A stretch of DNA of 64,000 bases from an uncultured Spirochaetota bacterium (GTDB lineage Bacteria > Spirochaetota > Spirochaetia > SZUA-6 > Fen-1364): contig CAWGAA010000001.1 in NCBI GenBank assembly GCA_963820525.1, positions 1,632,001 through 1,696,000 of the forward strand. Direction: 5' to 3'. Shown piece by piece: positions 19,263 to 29,403 of the stretch. Position numbers and translations under genes: made by a program. The first letter of the stretch is position 1. The number at the start of each line of letters is the position of its first letter. A model generated the notes under the pieces. It saw nothing but the letters and a program-made list of their open reading frames with translations. It was not told the origin of the DNA and searched no databases.

Positions 19263-20315
19263 CTAGTCCTCCTTGTGTATCAGCTCGGGGAAGAATTGAT
19301 CTATCAGCACGGCGAGAATCAGGATCACCCCCACGGCGATGAACATGTCGAAGGGCTGGATCCCGGCCATCCGCAGCCCGTTCTCCAGCACGGAGAGGAT
19401 GAGGCAGCCCAGCATCGTGCCCCCGAGGCTCCCGATCCCTCCATAGAGGCTCGCCCCTCCTATGACCACACCGACGATGGAGAAGATGAGGAAAGAGACT
19501 CCCGCGTCCGCCTTTCCCGTAACGTACTGCAGCATGTAGATGATGCCGGCGAGCGTGGCGAAGAACGCGGAGATCATGTAGACGGCCAGGAGGTGCCTCT
19601 TTGTCCTGATCCCCGCCCTCACCGCCGCGTCCATGTTGCCGCCGATGGCGTAGTTGTGCCGGCCGAACCGCGTGCGGTGCAGGAGGAACGCGGCTACGAG
19701 GATGAACAGGGCGGTCACAACCACCATTGTTGGGATGATCTGGATGACACGGGTGCCGCGCTCGACGATGGGATAAACGAAGAACGAAAGCCCCTTGCCC
19801 TGCGCCCAATAGAGGAAGTAGCTGTTTCCGATGTCATTGGCCAGGATGGGCACGTCCTTTGCGGCGACCCCGCCGATCATGATGAGCGATGTGCCATAGA
19901 CGATCGAGCCCGTGGAGAAGGTTGCAAGGAACGCGGGGACCTTCAGGACCCCAACCAGGAATCCGCTTATCACGCCGGGGATCAGGCCGACGGCGAGGGT
20001 GATTGCGATGGACGCCATGATTGCGGCGGCCGGCGCCATGCCGGCCTTCGCGAACGCGGCGGCGAGCTTTGCGGACACGATTGTCGATAAGCCCATCAGG
20101 TAGCCGAGCGAAAGATCGACCCCGCCCGTGATGATGACGAAGGTCTCGGCCGTGGCCATGAGGAAGAGAAACGTCCCGTAGAAAAGCACGATCTGGATGC
20201 CGTTCAGGCTGAAGAATCCCTGGCCGATGAAGCTGAAGACGACGAGCTCCAGCACCAGGAACATCAACGCCCAGCGTTGTCCGATGAAGCTCACAACAGC
20301 GTTTTGCCGTCTCAC
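19263..20315 (-). CDS. Sugar ABC transporter permease (RbsC-like)
   Basis: IITGGVDLS, TRFGRHNYAIGGN, VIGGASLYGG. Confidence 0.92.
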   Translation of the reverse strand: MRRQNAVVSFIGQRWALMFLVLELVVFSFIGQGFFSLNGIQIVLFYGTFLFLMATAETFVIITGGVDLSLGYLMGLSTIVSAKLAAAFAKAGMAPAAAIMASIAITLAVGLIPGVISGFLVGVLKVPAFLATFSTGSIVYGTSLIMIGGVAAKDVPILANDIGNSYFLYWAQGKGLSFFVYPIVERGTRVIQIIPTMVVVTALFILVAAFLLHRTRFGRHNYAIGGNMDAAVRAGIRTKRHLLAVYMISAFFATLAGIIYMLQYVTGKADAGVSFLIFSIVGVVIGGASLYGGIGSLGGTMLGCLILSVLENGLRMAGIQPFDMFIAVGVILILAVLIDQFFPELIHKED

Positions 20316-20333
20316 GATGCGCTCCTTGCCCGC

Positions 20334-21434
20334 CTAAAAAAGGTCGGGGAACAGCTGGTCGATCACGACCGCCCCGATCAGGATGACTCCCGTGGCTATG
20401 AAACGGTAGAAGGGATCGAAGCCCGAAAGGTTCAACCCGTTGTCCAGGATCTGCAGGATCAGGACGCCCACTACGGACGCCAGGATCCTTCCCTTGCCGC
20501 CCATGAGGCTCGCCCCGCCGATAATGACGGCCGCAATGGCGAAAAGCTCGTAGTTCGCGTTGAACGGGGTGTAATCTCCCGTGCCGCTCATGAAGACCTT
20601 CACGATCCCCGCAACGCCCGCAAGCATCGCGGACAGGACATAAACCAGGATCAAGTGCCTGCCGGTGTTGATCCCCGCCCGGACGGCTGCGTCCATGCTT
20701 CCGCCGATGGCGTAGGTATGCTGCCCGAATCGCGTATGCTTCAGGACGTACCACAGCACCGCCACGAACACCACCGTGAGGATGAGGGAGTCGGGGAAGA
20801 CCCGCACGAGGTCCTTGATCTCGGAGCCCAGGGTGCCTGAGGGCATGGTGAAAAAGCTCGAAAGACGGCTGTGGGGATTGAAGTAGTAGACGAACCCGTT
20901 TCCGATCCGGGTCAGGCTATCGGGGAGAAAGGCGATGGGAAAGCCGCCGTCGCTTGCATGCAGCGTAACCCCGTATGCCACGCTCCAGACCCCGATCGTC
21001 GCGATGAAGGACGGCACCTTGAAGCGGGCCACCAGCACCCCGTTGGCGAGGCCGCAGAGAAGGCTCGCGCCCAGCGCCACGACGACACCCACGGCCACCG
21101 CGGGAGCAGCAGACCACTGCACGCCGAACTGGGAGGCGTAGAGGTCACGGATGATCCCAGCGGAGGCGATCGCCGAAAGGCCCATGACGTAGCCCACCGA
21201 GAGGTCGATGCCCCCCGAGACGATGACGAAGGTCTCGGCGCACGCCAGGAGGATGTAGATGCCGGCCGAGGAGAGGATGTTTTCGAAGTTGTTGAGGCTG
21301 AAGAAGTTCTTCCCCGTGAACGCGAACACCGCCACCATCAGGAGGAGGAAGACGAGAGACCAGTTCTTCCCGAGCACCGAGACCGCCCGCGACTGCGGCG
21401 AGCCGTTTCTTACGACCGCGGATCTGTCCCCCAT
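20334..21434 (-). CDS. Sugar ABC transporter permease (RbsC-like)
   Basis: VSGGIDLSVG, VPSFIATIG, TRFGQHTYAIGG, IIGGASLMGGKG. Confidence 0.92.
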   Translation of the reverse strand: MGDRSAVVRNGSPQSRAVSVLGKNWSLVFLLLMVAVFAFTGKNFFSLNNFENILSSAGIYILLACAETFVIVSGGIDLSVGYVMGLSAIASAGIIRDLYASQFGVQWSAAPAVAVGVVVALGASLLCGLANGVLVARFKVPSFIATIGVWSVAYGVTLHASDGGFPIAFLPDSLTRIGNGFVYYFNPHSRLSSFFTMPSGTLGSEIKDLVRVFPDSLILTVVFVAVLWYVLKHTRFGQHTYAIGGSMDAAVRAGINTGRHLILVYVLSAMLAGVAGIVKVFMSGTGDYTPFNANYELFAIAAVIIGGASLMGGKGRILASVVGVLILQILDNGLNLSGFDPFYRFIATGVILIGAVVIDQLFPDLF

Positions 21435-21494
21435 TCGCGCTACCCTCTTCTCACCTGGATTCTAAGCGACTGCCGAGTTTCAATCAATGAGAGA

Positions 21495-21530
21495 GGGGGG
21501 ATCGCCGTGAACAGCCCCGGCGACCCCCCG
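21495..21530 (-). terminator. Intra-operon hairpin after the binding-protein gene (partial terminator or mRNA stabiliser)
   Basis: GGGGGGATCGCCG...CGGCGACCCCCC inverted repeat. Confidence 0.55.
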
Positions 21531-21543
21531 GAGCATCACGCTT

Positions 21544-22542
21544 CTATTTCTTGTAGATCCACTGCTGCATGTTGGGATCGCTCACGTTGTCCTTCGTGAA
21601 GAACTCGAACCCGGGGATGACTTTCTTGGGGATTTCGGTTTTCGCGGTCAGGAACTTGTAGCCCCAGTCCACCGCGAGGGAGCCGATCTCGCCGGGCTTC
21701 TGCGCAAGAACCAGGTCCACCTTGCCGGCCTTGAGCGCCTCGATGAGCGTCTCCGTGGCATCCCAGGAGGCAATTTTCACTGCGCCGGTGAGGCCCTTGT
21801 TGACCACGGCCTGGTTGGCGCCCTGCGCGCTGAACACGTTGGTCCCGAAGATCCCGACGATGTCGGGGCTCTTCTGCAGCGCCGCGGCCACCTGCTCCTG
21901 GGCCTTCTGTTGAACGTCGAGGCACCAGTCCACGCCGACCAGCTTCATGTTAGGGAACTCGGCGATTCCCTCCGTGAACCCCTTCACGCGCCCAACCACG
22001 GATGAGGTGTCGGGGTTGGTCGCCTCGCAGAACACCTTGCCCTTCTCTCCCACGAGCTTGGCCACGTGCTCGGCCACCTGCTTGCCGCCCAGCTCATTGT
22101 CGGAGCCGATGTACGCCAGGGGGAAGGAGTAGTTGCTCTGCTTGGAGTAGTCTCCGTCGCCGAGGAACGTGTCCACCGTGATGACCTGCACGCCGCTGTC
22201 GTAGATCTTCTTCAGCGGAGCGATAAGGGCGTCGACCGATACCGGCGCGATCAGGAGCATGTCGATCCCTCCCTTGGCCATCATGGCCTGGAGGATGGGA
22301 ACCTGTGCCTCGGGGCCCCAGGTGGTGGGATAGTCGCCGACGATCAGGGTGACCCCCAGCTCCTGGGCCTTTGCCCGGATGCCGCGCTCCATTGTGAAGT
22401 AGAACGGGTCAGCAATCCCGGGCATGAAGGCCATGGTCACGGTCTTCTTTGCCGCCGCCTTTTTCTGGCAGCCGGTGAATACCATCAATACCGCGAGCAG
22501 GGCCACGGCTACGACGAGGGCGATCCTCAGACTCTTCTTCAT
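21544..22542 (-). CDS. Sugar ABC transporter substrate-binding lipoprotein (RbsB-like)
   Basis: Lipobox FTGC; DPFYFTMERG, VITVD, IGSDNELGG, LVLAQKP. Confidence 0.92.
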   Translation of the reverse strand: MKKSLRIALVVAVALLAVLMVFTGCQKKAAAKKTVTMAFMPGIADPFYFTMERGIRAKAQELGVTLIVGDYPTTWGPEAQVPILQAMMAKGGIDMLLIAPVSVDALIAPLKKIYDSGVQVITVDTFLGDGDYSKQSNYSFPLAYIGSDNELGGKQVAEHVAKLVGEKGKVFCEATNPDTSSVVGRVKGFTEGIAEFPNMKLVGVDWCLDVQQKAQEQVAAALQKSPDIVGIFGTNVFSAQGANQAVVNKGLTGAVKIASWDATETLIEALKAGKVDLVLAQKPGEIGSLAVDWGYKFLTAKTEIPKKVIPGFEFFTKDNVSDPNMQQWIYKK

Positions 22543-22590
22543 ACGTACCTCCTATTTAATGGGAAATGGTTAACAACCGCAGTAATAAGA

Positions 22591-22605
22591 GCAAAGGGCG
22601 TGCCA
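22591..22605 (-). promoter_or_regulatory. Sigma54 (-24/-12) promoter of the ABC operon
   Basis: Minus strand reads TGGCACGCCCTTTGC, an exact TGGCAC-N5-TTGC match about 50 nt upstream of the ATG. Confidence 0.85.
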
Positions 22606-22737
22606 ATAATTCCTCGGGTTATTGAGCCTGTCGGGATTACAGTCTTGTGCAACTTTATATTTGGCATAAAATTAAAATGACCCATGAAATCAAGTGATTT
22701 GGAGTCGCTGTTGCGTACCCGAACTGGCTACCCTGGT

Positions 22738-22752
22738 ATCCACTAAGTGGAT
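22738..22752. promoter_or_regulatory. Candidate enhancer (UAS) palindrome for the NtrC-type regulator
   Basis: ATCCAC-TAA-GTGGAT about 135-150 nt upstream of the -24 element, with an AT-rich spacer. Confidence 0.45.
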
Positions 22753-22881
22753 GCTTTAATATCCAGGCGACGGGCAGAATCGATTGCCTGAGAGGTCCGT
22801 CCTGCACAGTCCGCTACTTCGGGCCGCCCGCTGCTGCCAACCCAAGGCTAAGGACCATTAGTAGATCCACTATGATGATCG

Positions 22882-23900
22882 TCAAGCCGCCGGTCGATCC
22901 TCCTTCACTCTCTTCAGCACGCGCTCATACTGCCTGAGCTTCTTCTCGTACAACCGCCGGTCCATCCATCGGTACTGCTCGCCACTGAGCAACATCCTCC
23001 TCATCATCCCGCAGAGCTTGCGGATCACGGCGATGCGGGCTCGGCCGGTTCCTCGCTTGTCCCTCAGCTCACTGGTAGTAACGATCCAGGGACACCGAGG
23101 ATGCGGCGACATAGTGCACGCACTGCGTGAGGATCGTCCGAGTCAGCTTCCGGGACTCGCGAGTAATGTGGCCAGGCCGACTCTTGCCTCCACTGTTGCT
23201 CGCCCGCGGCACGAGCCCCAGATACACGCGTTCATCTTCCGGAGGGTCCTGAACCTCCGGATGTCTGCCACATCAGCCAGGAAGGCGAGCGCGATCAAGG
23301 GTGTGACCCCCTTGATGCTGATCAGAAGCTCCACCTGGCTCCGCAGCGGTTCCCCAGCGAGCAGGATCTCCGTGGCCAGCCGCTCCTTCGCTTCCTCCAC
23401 CTTCCATAGTACGTGCAGCGTCAGCTCCAGGCAGACGCGACTGGCCGGGGAGACGTTCATCTCCTTCAGCAGCTCCAGCCCGCTCTCCGGCGCGAACAGC
23501 CGACTCTTGAGCTCCTTCTTCAGCTCGACCCCGTTCTTCACGAGGATCGCCTGGGCGTTGTTCTTGTGCGTCGCGATCTGCCGGTTCAGCAGGCAGTATT
23601 GCGCGAACAACTTCCTCAGCTCTCGCACCACCCCTGTCGGCTTGCACACCGTCGGAATCCCGAACTCCCCCGTCACCACGTGTACCCACAGCGCCTTCGC
23701 CAAGTTGCGCGCATCCTGCTTGTCCGTCTTATTCCACGAGTCCTTGATGATCCGGAACTTGCGCGGATCCACCACGAAGCACCTCGCCCCCTTCGCCTCG
23801 ATCTGATCCGCCCAAAAGAAGGCCCCCGTCGAAGCCTCCAGGACCACTGCGTCCGTTGGTCCCAGACCCTCCACGTACTTCACAAACTCCCGGCAGTGTA
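22882..23900 (-). pseudogene. IS110-family transposase, 5'-truncated with two frameshifts
   Basis: VVLEASTG, KTDKQDARNLA, LLISIKGV; after a shift near 23226 YLGLVPRASNSGG; after a shift near 23075 RARIAVIRKL; N-terminal GID motif missing. Confidence 0.85.
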
Positions 23901-24305
23901 GTTGCCCGCTTTCTAGTCCGCGGGACTCCCGCGCTCTGGTTTCAGGAATGACCCGCGTAGTTATCTCAAATCCCGCAATGATATCATTTTTCATTTCCGC
24001 CAATAAAATGGAGTGCGAAGCGGTACTCGCACTCCCGGATTCTGTACATCTGATTTGCTTAGCGCTGAATGACGGCCTGGACATGTTCGGCTTCCACTTG
24101 AGCGCTGTTTGCGTCCTATGACTATCGGCTATTCATTTAATATGCCCTTCCGTATTGCATGCACGGAATGCGAATGTACGGTGTCCTATTACATCTGCAC
24201 AACGTAGCTGGATCGGGAAGAGTGGGGTTTCTATCGCCTGCTCTGCTTGTCCCTTCTTCTGCGGAACGCTATTCTATGCACAATAGACAGGGGTAAACTG
24301 GGCAC

Positions 24306-27300
24306 ATGTACAAGGAGGGAGAGACTCTCCGCTTGGCAGCGACCGACATCGGGAATCACTTGGCGTGCCGACACCTGACCCAGCTCGATCGCGCCGTTGC
24401 CGAAGGTCGGCTTTCAGTCCCTATCTGGAGGGACCCGGAGCTCGCCCTCCTTCAGGAGCGGGGCCTGGCCCATGAGAAGGCGTATATCGAGCATCTGCGC
24501 GCCAGCGGTCTCCAGGTCGCCGAGGTGCGGACCGAGAACGGTGGGTCGCCCGTTGAGAGAACCATCTCCGCGATGCGCGCAGGTACCGACGTGATCGTCC
24601 AGGCGGACCTAGGTGAGGGCCGGTGGATCGGTCGCGCCGATGTGCTCCTCAAGGTCCCCGAGCCCAGCGATTTGGGTGACTGGTCTTATGAGGCGGCGGA
24701 TACAAAGCTCTCCCAGGAAACGCGTGCCGGAACGGTGCTACAGCTTTGTCTGTACTCCGATATAGTTTCGCATGTGCAGTGTCGAACGCCAACCCTGATG
24801 CATGTGGTGAAGCCAGGTCCGGAGTTCCCGCGGGAGAGCTTTCGCTTCGATGACTTCAGTGCCTACTTCCGCCTTGTTCGGCGGCGCCTGGAGGAAGCCG
24901 TCGCGACGCCGCCATCCCAATCGACGTACCCCAACCCCGTACCCCACTGCGATATCTGCCACTGGTGGAAGGAATGCGACACTCGCAGACATGACGATGA
25001 TAATCTCTGTCTGGTCGCGGGCATCCGTCCCCTTCATATCGGAGAGCTTGAGCGCCAGGGGATTCACACGCTCCAGCAGTTCGCAGAAGAGCCGAAGCCG
25101 TTCAGGGAGAAACCTGCGCGCGGGAATCCAGAGACATTCGCCAAAGCCCAAAGGCAAGCGCAGATCCAGCTTGCGGGCAGGAAGGCGGGTAGACAACTCC
25201 ACGATATCCTGGATCCAGAGCCGGGGATGGGCTTTGAACGGCTCCCTGAGCCGGACACGGGCGACCTTTTTTTCGATATCGAGGGAGATCCGTTTGCAGG
25301 TGAAGGCGGCCTGGAGTACCTGCTCGGCGTGGCGTTCGCGGGGAAAGACGGTACGCTTGAATACAAGGCCCACTGGGCGCTGAATCGAGCGGAGGAGCGC
25401 AAAGCCCTCGAGGGCTTCATCGATTTCGTCATGGACCGCTGGCAGGCGCACCCCGGGATGCATATTTATCATTTTTCTCCCTATGAGCCCGGCGCAGTGA
25501 AGCGCCTCATCGGTCGGCACGGGACGCGGGAGACGGAGCTGGACCGCCTGCTGCGCGCAGAGCGGTTTGTCGATCTGTACGCAGTGACGCGCCGGGGACT
25601 GCGCGTGAGCGTGGAAAGCTATTCGCTCAAGTCTCTGGAGGAGAGTTACAGCTTCGTTCGGGCCATGGACCTTCGGGCGGCGGGGACCGCGCTTCGCCGC
25701 ATTTCCCGAGTGCTGGAGCTGGCCGTGTTCGATGAAATCTCAGCCGCGGACCGCGCAACAGTAGAGGCGTACAACCGGGACGACTGTCTTTCGACAGCAG
25801 CGCTCCGAGTCTGGTTGGAAGAACGACGAACCGAGCTGGAAACAAATGGACGGCCGATTCCCCGGCCCGAAGCGAAAAGCGGCGATGCCAGCGAGGCTGT
25901 AGAAGAAAAAGCCGCGGACGTGAAGCTCGTCTATGCTCAGCTGACTTTGGGCCTGCCGAGAGATCGGGAAAAATGGGGACCAGCGGAGCGGGCGCGGTGG
26001 CTTCTCGCTCACCTGCTGGAATACTTCAGGCGTGAAGACAAGTGCGCGTGGTGGGAGTTCTTCAGGATCCATGGGCTTGATCACGACGAGCTGTTGGAGG
26101 AGCGAAAGGCGATATCCGGACTCCAATTCGTCGGAGATGAGGGAGGCTCGGCGCGGGCCCCCGTCCATCGCTACAGCTTCCCCGACCAGGAAGCTGCCAT
26201 CGATGACGGGGATGAGCTGTACGAGATCGGTGGAGAGAGAATCGGGAAGGTTGGCGCCGTGGACCTGTACCATCAGATTCTTGAGATCGTGAAGAGCTCC
26301 AAGTCAAAGGATATCCACCCGTCCGCCGTGATGGTCAGCGAACGCGTCCCGCCGAAGCCCGTGGACAGCGCTCTCCTTCAATTCGCAGCCTCCGTGGCGT
26401 TGACGGGTGTTGATGGAAATGGTCCGTATCGCGCTGCGCGCGACCTGCTTATGAGAAGTAATCCTCGACTCCGGATGCCGATGCAGGGTTCGTTGCGCAA
26501 AGCCGGGGAAGAAATTGTCGATACCGCGGTGCGGCTGGTGCGCGCCCTGGACAACAGCATCCTGCCCATCCAGGGACCACCCGGCACTGGCAAAACCTAT
26601 ACGGGGGCTCGGATGATCGTTGCCCTGGCCAGGGAAGGTAAGCGGATCGGCGTGACTGCCGTGAGCCACAAGGTGATCCGAAATCTCCTGCACGAGGTCA
26701 TACACGCTGCTAGCGAGGAGCGCATGGCGCTTCAGGGCATCCACAAGCTCAGCAAGTTGAGCGGAGATGCAGCGCCGGGCATAGAAGAGACGGATGACAA
26801 TGCGGAGGCGCGCGCAGGGCTCGGTGCAGGCAAGGTGGCCGGAGGTACCGCCTGGTTCTGGTCGCGTGAGGACATGATCGGCTCCGTCGACTATCTCTTT
26901 ATAGACGAGGCCGGGCAGATGTCCCTTGCGCACGCGCTGGCCGCGGGTCGGTCCGCGAGAAACCTTGTACTTCTAGGAGACCCGCAGCAGCTGGAACAGC
27001 CCCAGCGCGGCGTGCACCCGGAAGGCGCCGAGGTGGCCGCGCTCGTGCACATCCTGGGAGCCCACAAGACTATTGCGGATGAGGCGGGCCTATTCCTGGA
27101 CGAGACCTGGCGATTGCATCCCAAGATCTGCCGGTTCACCTCCGAGCTTTCCTACGAAGGACGGGTGCACACTCACGCTGGACTCGACAAGCAGGCGCTG
27201 AACGGCGACACGCACTTTGCGGGAAGCGGTCTTTTCTACGTGCCGGTGGATCATGAAGGGAATCAAAACAGCTCATGCGAGGAAGTTGAGGTCGTTGCGC

Positions 27301-27716
27301 GTATCGTCGAAGACCTGCTCAAGGCCGGAGTGACATGGACCGATGCGAGTGGAAAAACACTGAGGCTGGAAAAGTCTAACATCATGGTTGTCGCTCCGTA
27401 CAATGCCCAGGTAGCCGCTATTACAAATCGCCTTCCGCGCGAAGTACGGGTGGGCACTGTTGATAAATTCCAAGGCCAAGAAGCACCGGTGGTTGTCTAC
27501 TCTATGACAAGCTCTTCCGCGGCGGATGCGCCGCGTGGCATGGGGTTCCTCTACAACACCAATCGCCTCAACGTGGCCACAAGTCGCGCGCGGTGCGTCA
27601 GCATCCTCGTGGGCACACGCCGGCTGCTGGAGCCGGAGTGCAACAGCCCAGACCAGATGCGCTGGGCGAACGGCCTGTGCCGCTATCGGGAATTAGCTGC
27701 GGAGATTGTTATATAA
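24306..27716 (+). CDS. TM0106-family RecB-like nuclease + RNase H-like exonuclease + SF1 (Upf1/Dna2-like) helicase
   Basis: GRADVLLK...ADTK, HCDICHWWKEC, FFDIEGDP...YNRDDC, QGPPGTGKT, IDEAGQ, GDPQQL, TVDKFQGQE, NRLNVATSRA. Confidence 0.9.
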   Translation: MYKEGETLRLAATDIGNHLACRHLTQLDRAVAEGRLSVPIWRDPELALLQERGLAHEKAYIEHLRASGLQVAEVRTENGGSPVERTISAMRAGTDVIVQADLGEGRWIGRADVLLKVPEPSDLGDWSYEAADTKLSQETRAGTVLQLCLYSDIVSHVQCRTPTLMHVVKPGPEFPRESFRFDDFSAYFRLVRRRLEEAVATPPSQSTYPNPVPHCDICHWWKECDTRRHDDDNLCLVAGIRPLHIGELERQGIHTLQQFAEEPKPFREKPARGNPETFAKAQRQAQIQLAGRKAGRQLHDILDPEPGMGFERLPEPDTGDLFFDIEGDPFAGEGGLEYLLGVAFAGKDGTLEYKAHWALNRAEERKALEGFIDFVMDRWQAHPGMHIYHFSPYEPGAVKRLIGRHGTRETELDRLLRAERFVDLYAVTRRGLRVSVESYSLKSLEESYSFVRAMDLRAAGTALRRISRVLELAVFDEISAADRATVEAYNRDDCLSTAALRVWLEERRTELETNGRPIPRPEAKSGDASEAVEEKAADVKLVYAQLTLGLPRDREKWGPAERARWLLAHLLEYFRREDKCAWWEFFRIHGLDHDELLEERKAISGLQFVGDEGGSARAPVHRYSFPDQEAAIDDGDELYEIGGERIGKVGAVDLYHQILEIVKSSKSKDIHPSAVMVSERVPPKPVDSALLQFAASVALTGVDGNGPYRAARDLLMRSNPRLRMPMQGSLRKAGEEIVDTAVRLVRALDNSILPIQGPPGTGKTYTGARMIVALAREGKRIGVTAVSHKVIRNLLHEVIHAASEERMALQGIHKLSKLSGDAAPGIEETDDNAEARAGLGAGKVAGGTAWFWSREDMIGSVDYLFIDEAGQMSLAHALAAGRSARNLVLLGDPQQLEQPQRGVHPEGAEVAALVHILGAHKTIADEAGLFLDETWRLHPKICRFTSELSYEGRVHTHAGLDKQALNGDTHFAGSGLFYVPVDHEGNQNSSCEEVEVVARIVEDLLKAGVTWTDASGKTLRLEKSNIMVVAPYNAQVAAITNRLPREVRVGTVDKFQGQEAPVVVYSMTSSSAADAPRGMGFLYNTNRLNVATSRARCVSILVGTRRLLEPECNSPDQMRWANGLCRYRELAAEIVI

Positions 27717-27949
27717 CGGCTATTACTGCTATGCTTCGTTAAGAGCCGGCTGCCTGAGGATGCTATAGCGGTTATGGCTGGGGGATGCCTTCCGGCAGGA
27801 AACGCGAATGAGCGATTGACTTTTCCGATTCCTTCTTGCCTTCACCGAAGTTTGCCGATACTGTGAAGGCATATCGAGACTGAACTTTCTCTATTTCAAA
27901 TGGTATATCCACGCATGCTCAGAGGAGCAGGTGTCCTCGGTCGTAAGGC

Positions 27950-28121
27950 TTTGAAGCAAATCTGCTTTGAAATACTCGGCCTGTCGAAAATGAACTGGAA
28001 TACCTTCGACCTTTACACCAAAGATCCGGCGACACTTCATTCCTCAAATGAGATCGCGCGCATCGGTTCTCTGTTACAGCGGTTCGGCGGCGCGTCCTAT
28101 GACTACCGGCTGTTCATTTGA
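27950..28121 (+). pseudogene. C-terminal PIWI fragment of a prokaryotic Argonaute
   Basis: EILGLSKMNWNTFDLYTKDPATLHSSNEIARIGSLL...SYDYRLFI-stop resembles the conserved pAgo C-terminus; nothing Ago-like recognisable upstream. Confidence 0.75.
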
Positions 28122-28170
28122 TATGGCCCTTCTGTATTACTTGCACCGAGTGCGAGCGGGTGGTGTTCTA

Positions 28171-29403
28171 CTACAACTCCACAACGTAGCGAGGCTGGAA
28201 TGCCCTCTCTGTGATTCGAGCTGCTTGGATCTCGCTTACCTTATATGCTTTCATTGTTCCGCTAGGTATTCCTCCCCGTAGATTTTCATAGACGTAGAGG
28301 AGCAGGTTTCCTGTGCCGCGAATCCGCAATGAATAAGGCTCAGTCAGGCGTGGCACGTCGTGATACATGATTTCCGCGCATAGTCTGTTCCTGGCCGCGT
28401 ATCGGACCCGGTCAAGAGGACCATAGATCTCAAAGGCTCCACGCCCCAATGAAGCTGCCCGTGTGATTCCGATGTGCTGCATCTGTGGGAAGGCAACTCG
28501 CGGTATTGCCGCCTCTCCCATTTCTAATGGAACACGGGGCAGCCTTTCGACGATCGGGCTAGCTTCCATCCATAATAACGCGCTTTCCCGTAGCTCATCG
28601 AAGTAGGACTGCGCGGGAGGCAGGACCGGGAGCTGGTGTTTGAGTTGCTGATCCCAGTTCTCTTCGAGAGTCGAGAAATCTATTGAGCTTATGAACCCTT
28701 CCAAAGAAGGCAGAGTCAGCGCCTTGAATTCGAACTTCCTCTTGAGGACGATGAGAGCGCGCTGGGGATCTATCTCCTCGCGATGGTTGCGGCTGATATT
28801 CACTACGTCATAAACGTCACGGGCTCTGCCTTGTCGTTCATAAAGCGCCCGCGTCTTCTCGGCGAGGATCTCATTCACGGAGTAGCAGAGAATGGAGATA
28901 GGCGGGATCGGAGCATCGCTGAAAAAGTGACGAATATACCGCTTCTCGGGGTTCTCAACGATTATTTCGTGTTGCGTGAGGTCTATAGTTATTCTCGGTA
29001 ATGTTTTCGCCTGTTGCTTGAGAGGCCCGCGATAAGAGATCTTTCCAGAGAAGGTTGTGCGGCCTTGTTTATCGTGACTTTCGATTACTTCAATACCGGG
29101 TTCGGGAAATTCGATACCTGTTTCTTCAGATATCAAGCGCGTGCACTCAAGAAGCGCGTTCCTGTATGCATCGGTTTCGTAGACCATCTCATTGGGCACC
29201 GTGAAGTCAAGATCTTCAGAAAAGCGGTAGGTTTCAAAGAAACATTTTTTCAAGCTCGTCCCGCCTTTGAAAACCCATCTGCTCAACAGCGGGTGTTGGG
29301 CTATTCCCATAAGAACCCACCCCAGTACATAATCCTTCTCGACAACGTTCTGGAGCAGCCCTTCCGAGGTAGCTATTTCTCTTATCTCTTCGCTTGGTAT
29401 CAC
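28171..29403 (-). CDS. abiEii: AbiEii-family nucleotidyltransferase toxin with C-terminal WYL-like domain
   Basis: VEKDY, FKGGTSLKK, RFSEDLDF, EILAEK, RARDVYD; extra ~90 aa tail with R-x-EPYSL, LLLYVY, KAYKVSEI, FQPRY. Confidence 0.85.
   Translation of the reverse strand: MIPSEEIREIATSEGLLQNVVEKDYVLGWVLMGIAQHPLLSRWVFKGGTSLKKCFFETYRFSEDLDFTVPNEMVYETDAYRNALLECTRLISEETGIEFPEPGIEVIESHDKQGRTTFSGKISYRGPLKQQAKTLPRITIDLTQHEIIVENPEKRYIRHFFSDAPIPPISILCYSVNEILAEKTRALYERQGRARDVYDVVNISRNHREEIDPQRALIVLKRKFEFKALTLPSLEGFISSIDFSTLEENWDQQLKHQLPVLPPAQSYFDELRESALLWMEASPIVERLPRVPLEMGEAAIPRVAFPQMQHIGITRAASLGRGAFEIYGPLDRVRYAARNRLCAEIMYHDVPRLTEPYSLRIRGTGNLLLYVYENLRGGIPSGTMKAYKVSEIQAARITERAFQPRYVVEL

Noticed and set aside
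23901..24084. N-terminal 60 aa of the 313-aa ORF as part of the IS110 transposase
   Set aside because: No GID/DEDD start motif and different composition; looks like unrelated DNA fused at the truncation
24306..25000. Cas4-like nuclease suggesting a CRISPR-Cas locus
   Set aside because: It is the N-terminal domain of the TM0106 fusion; no cas1/cas2 and no repeat-spacer array seen in the window
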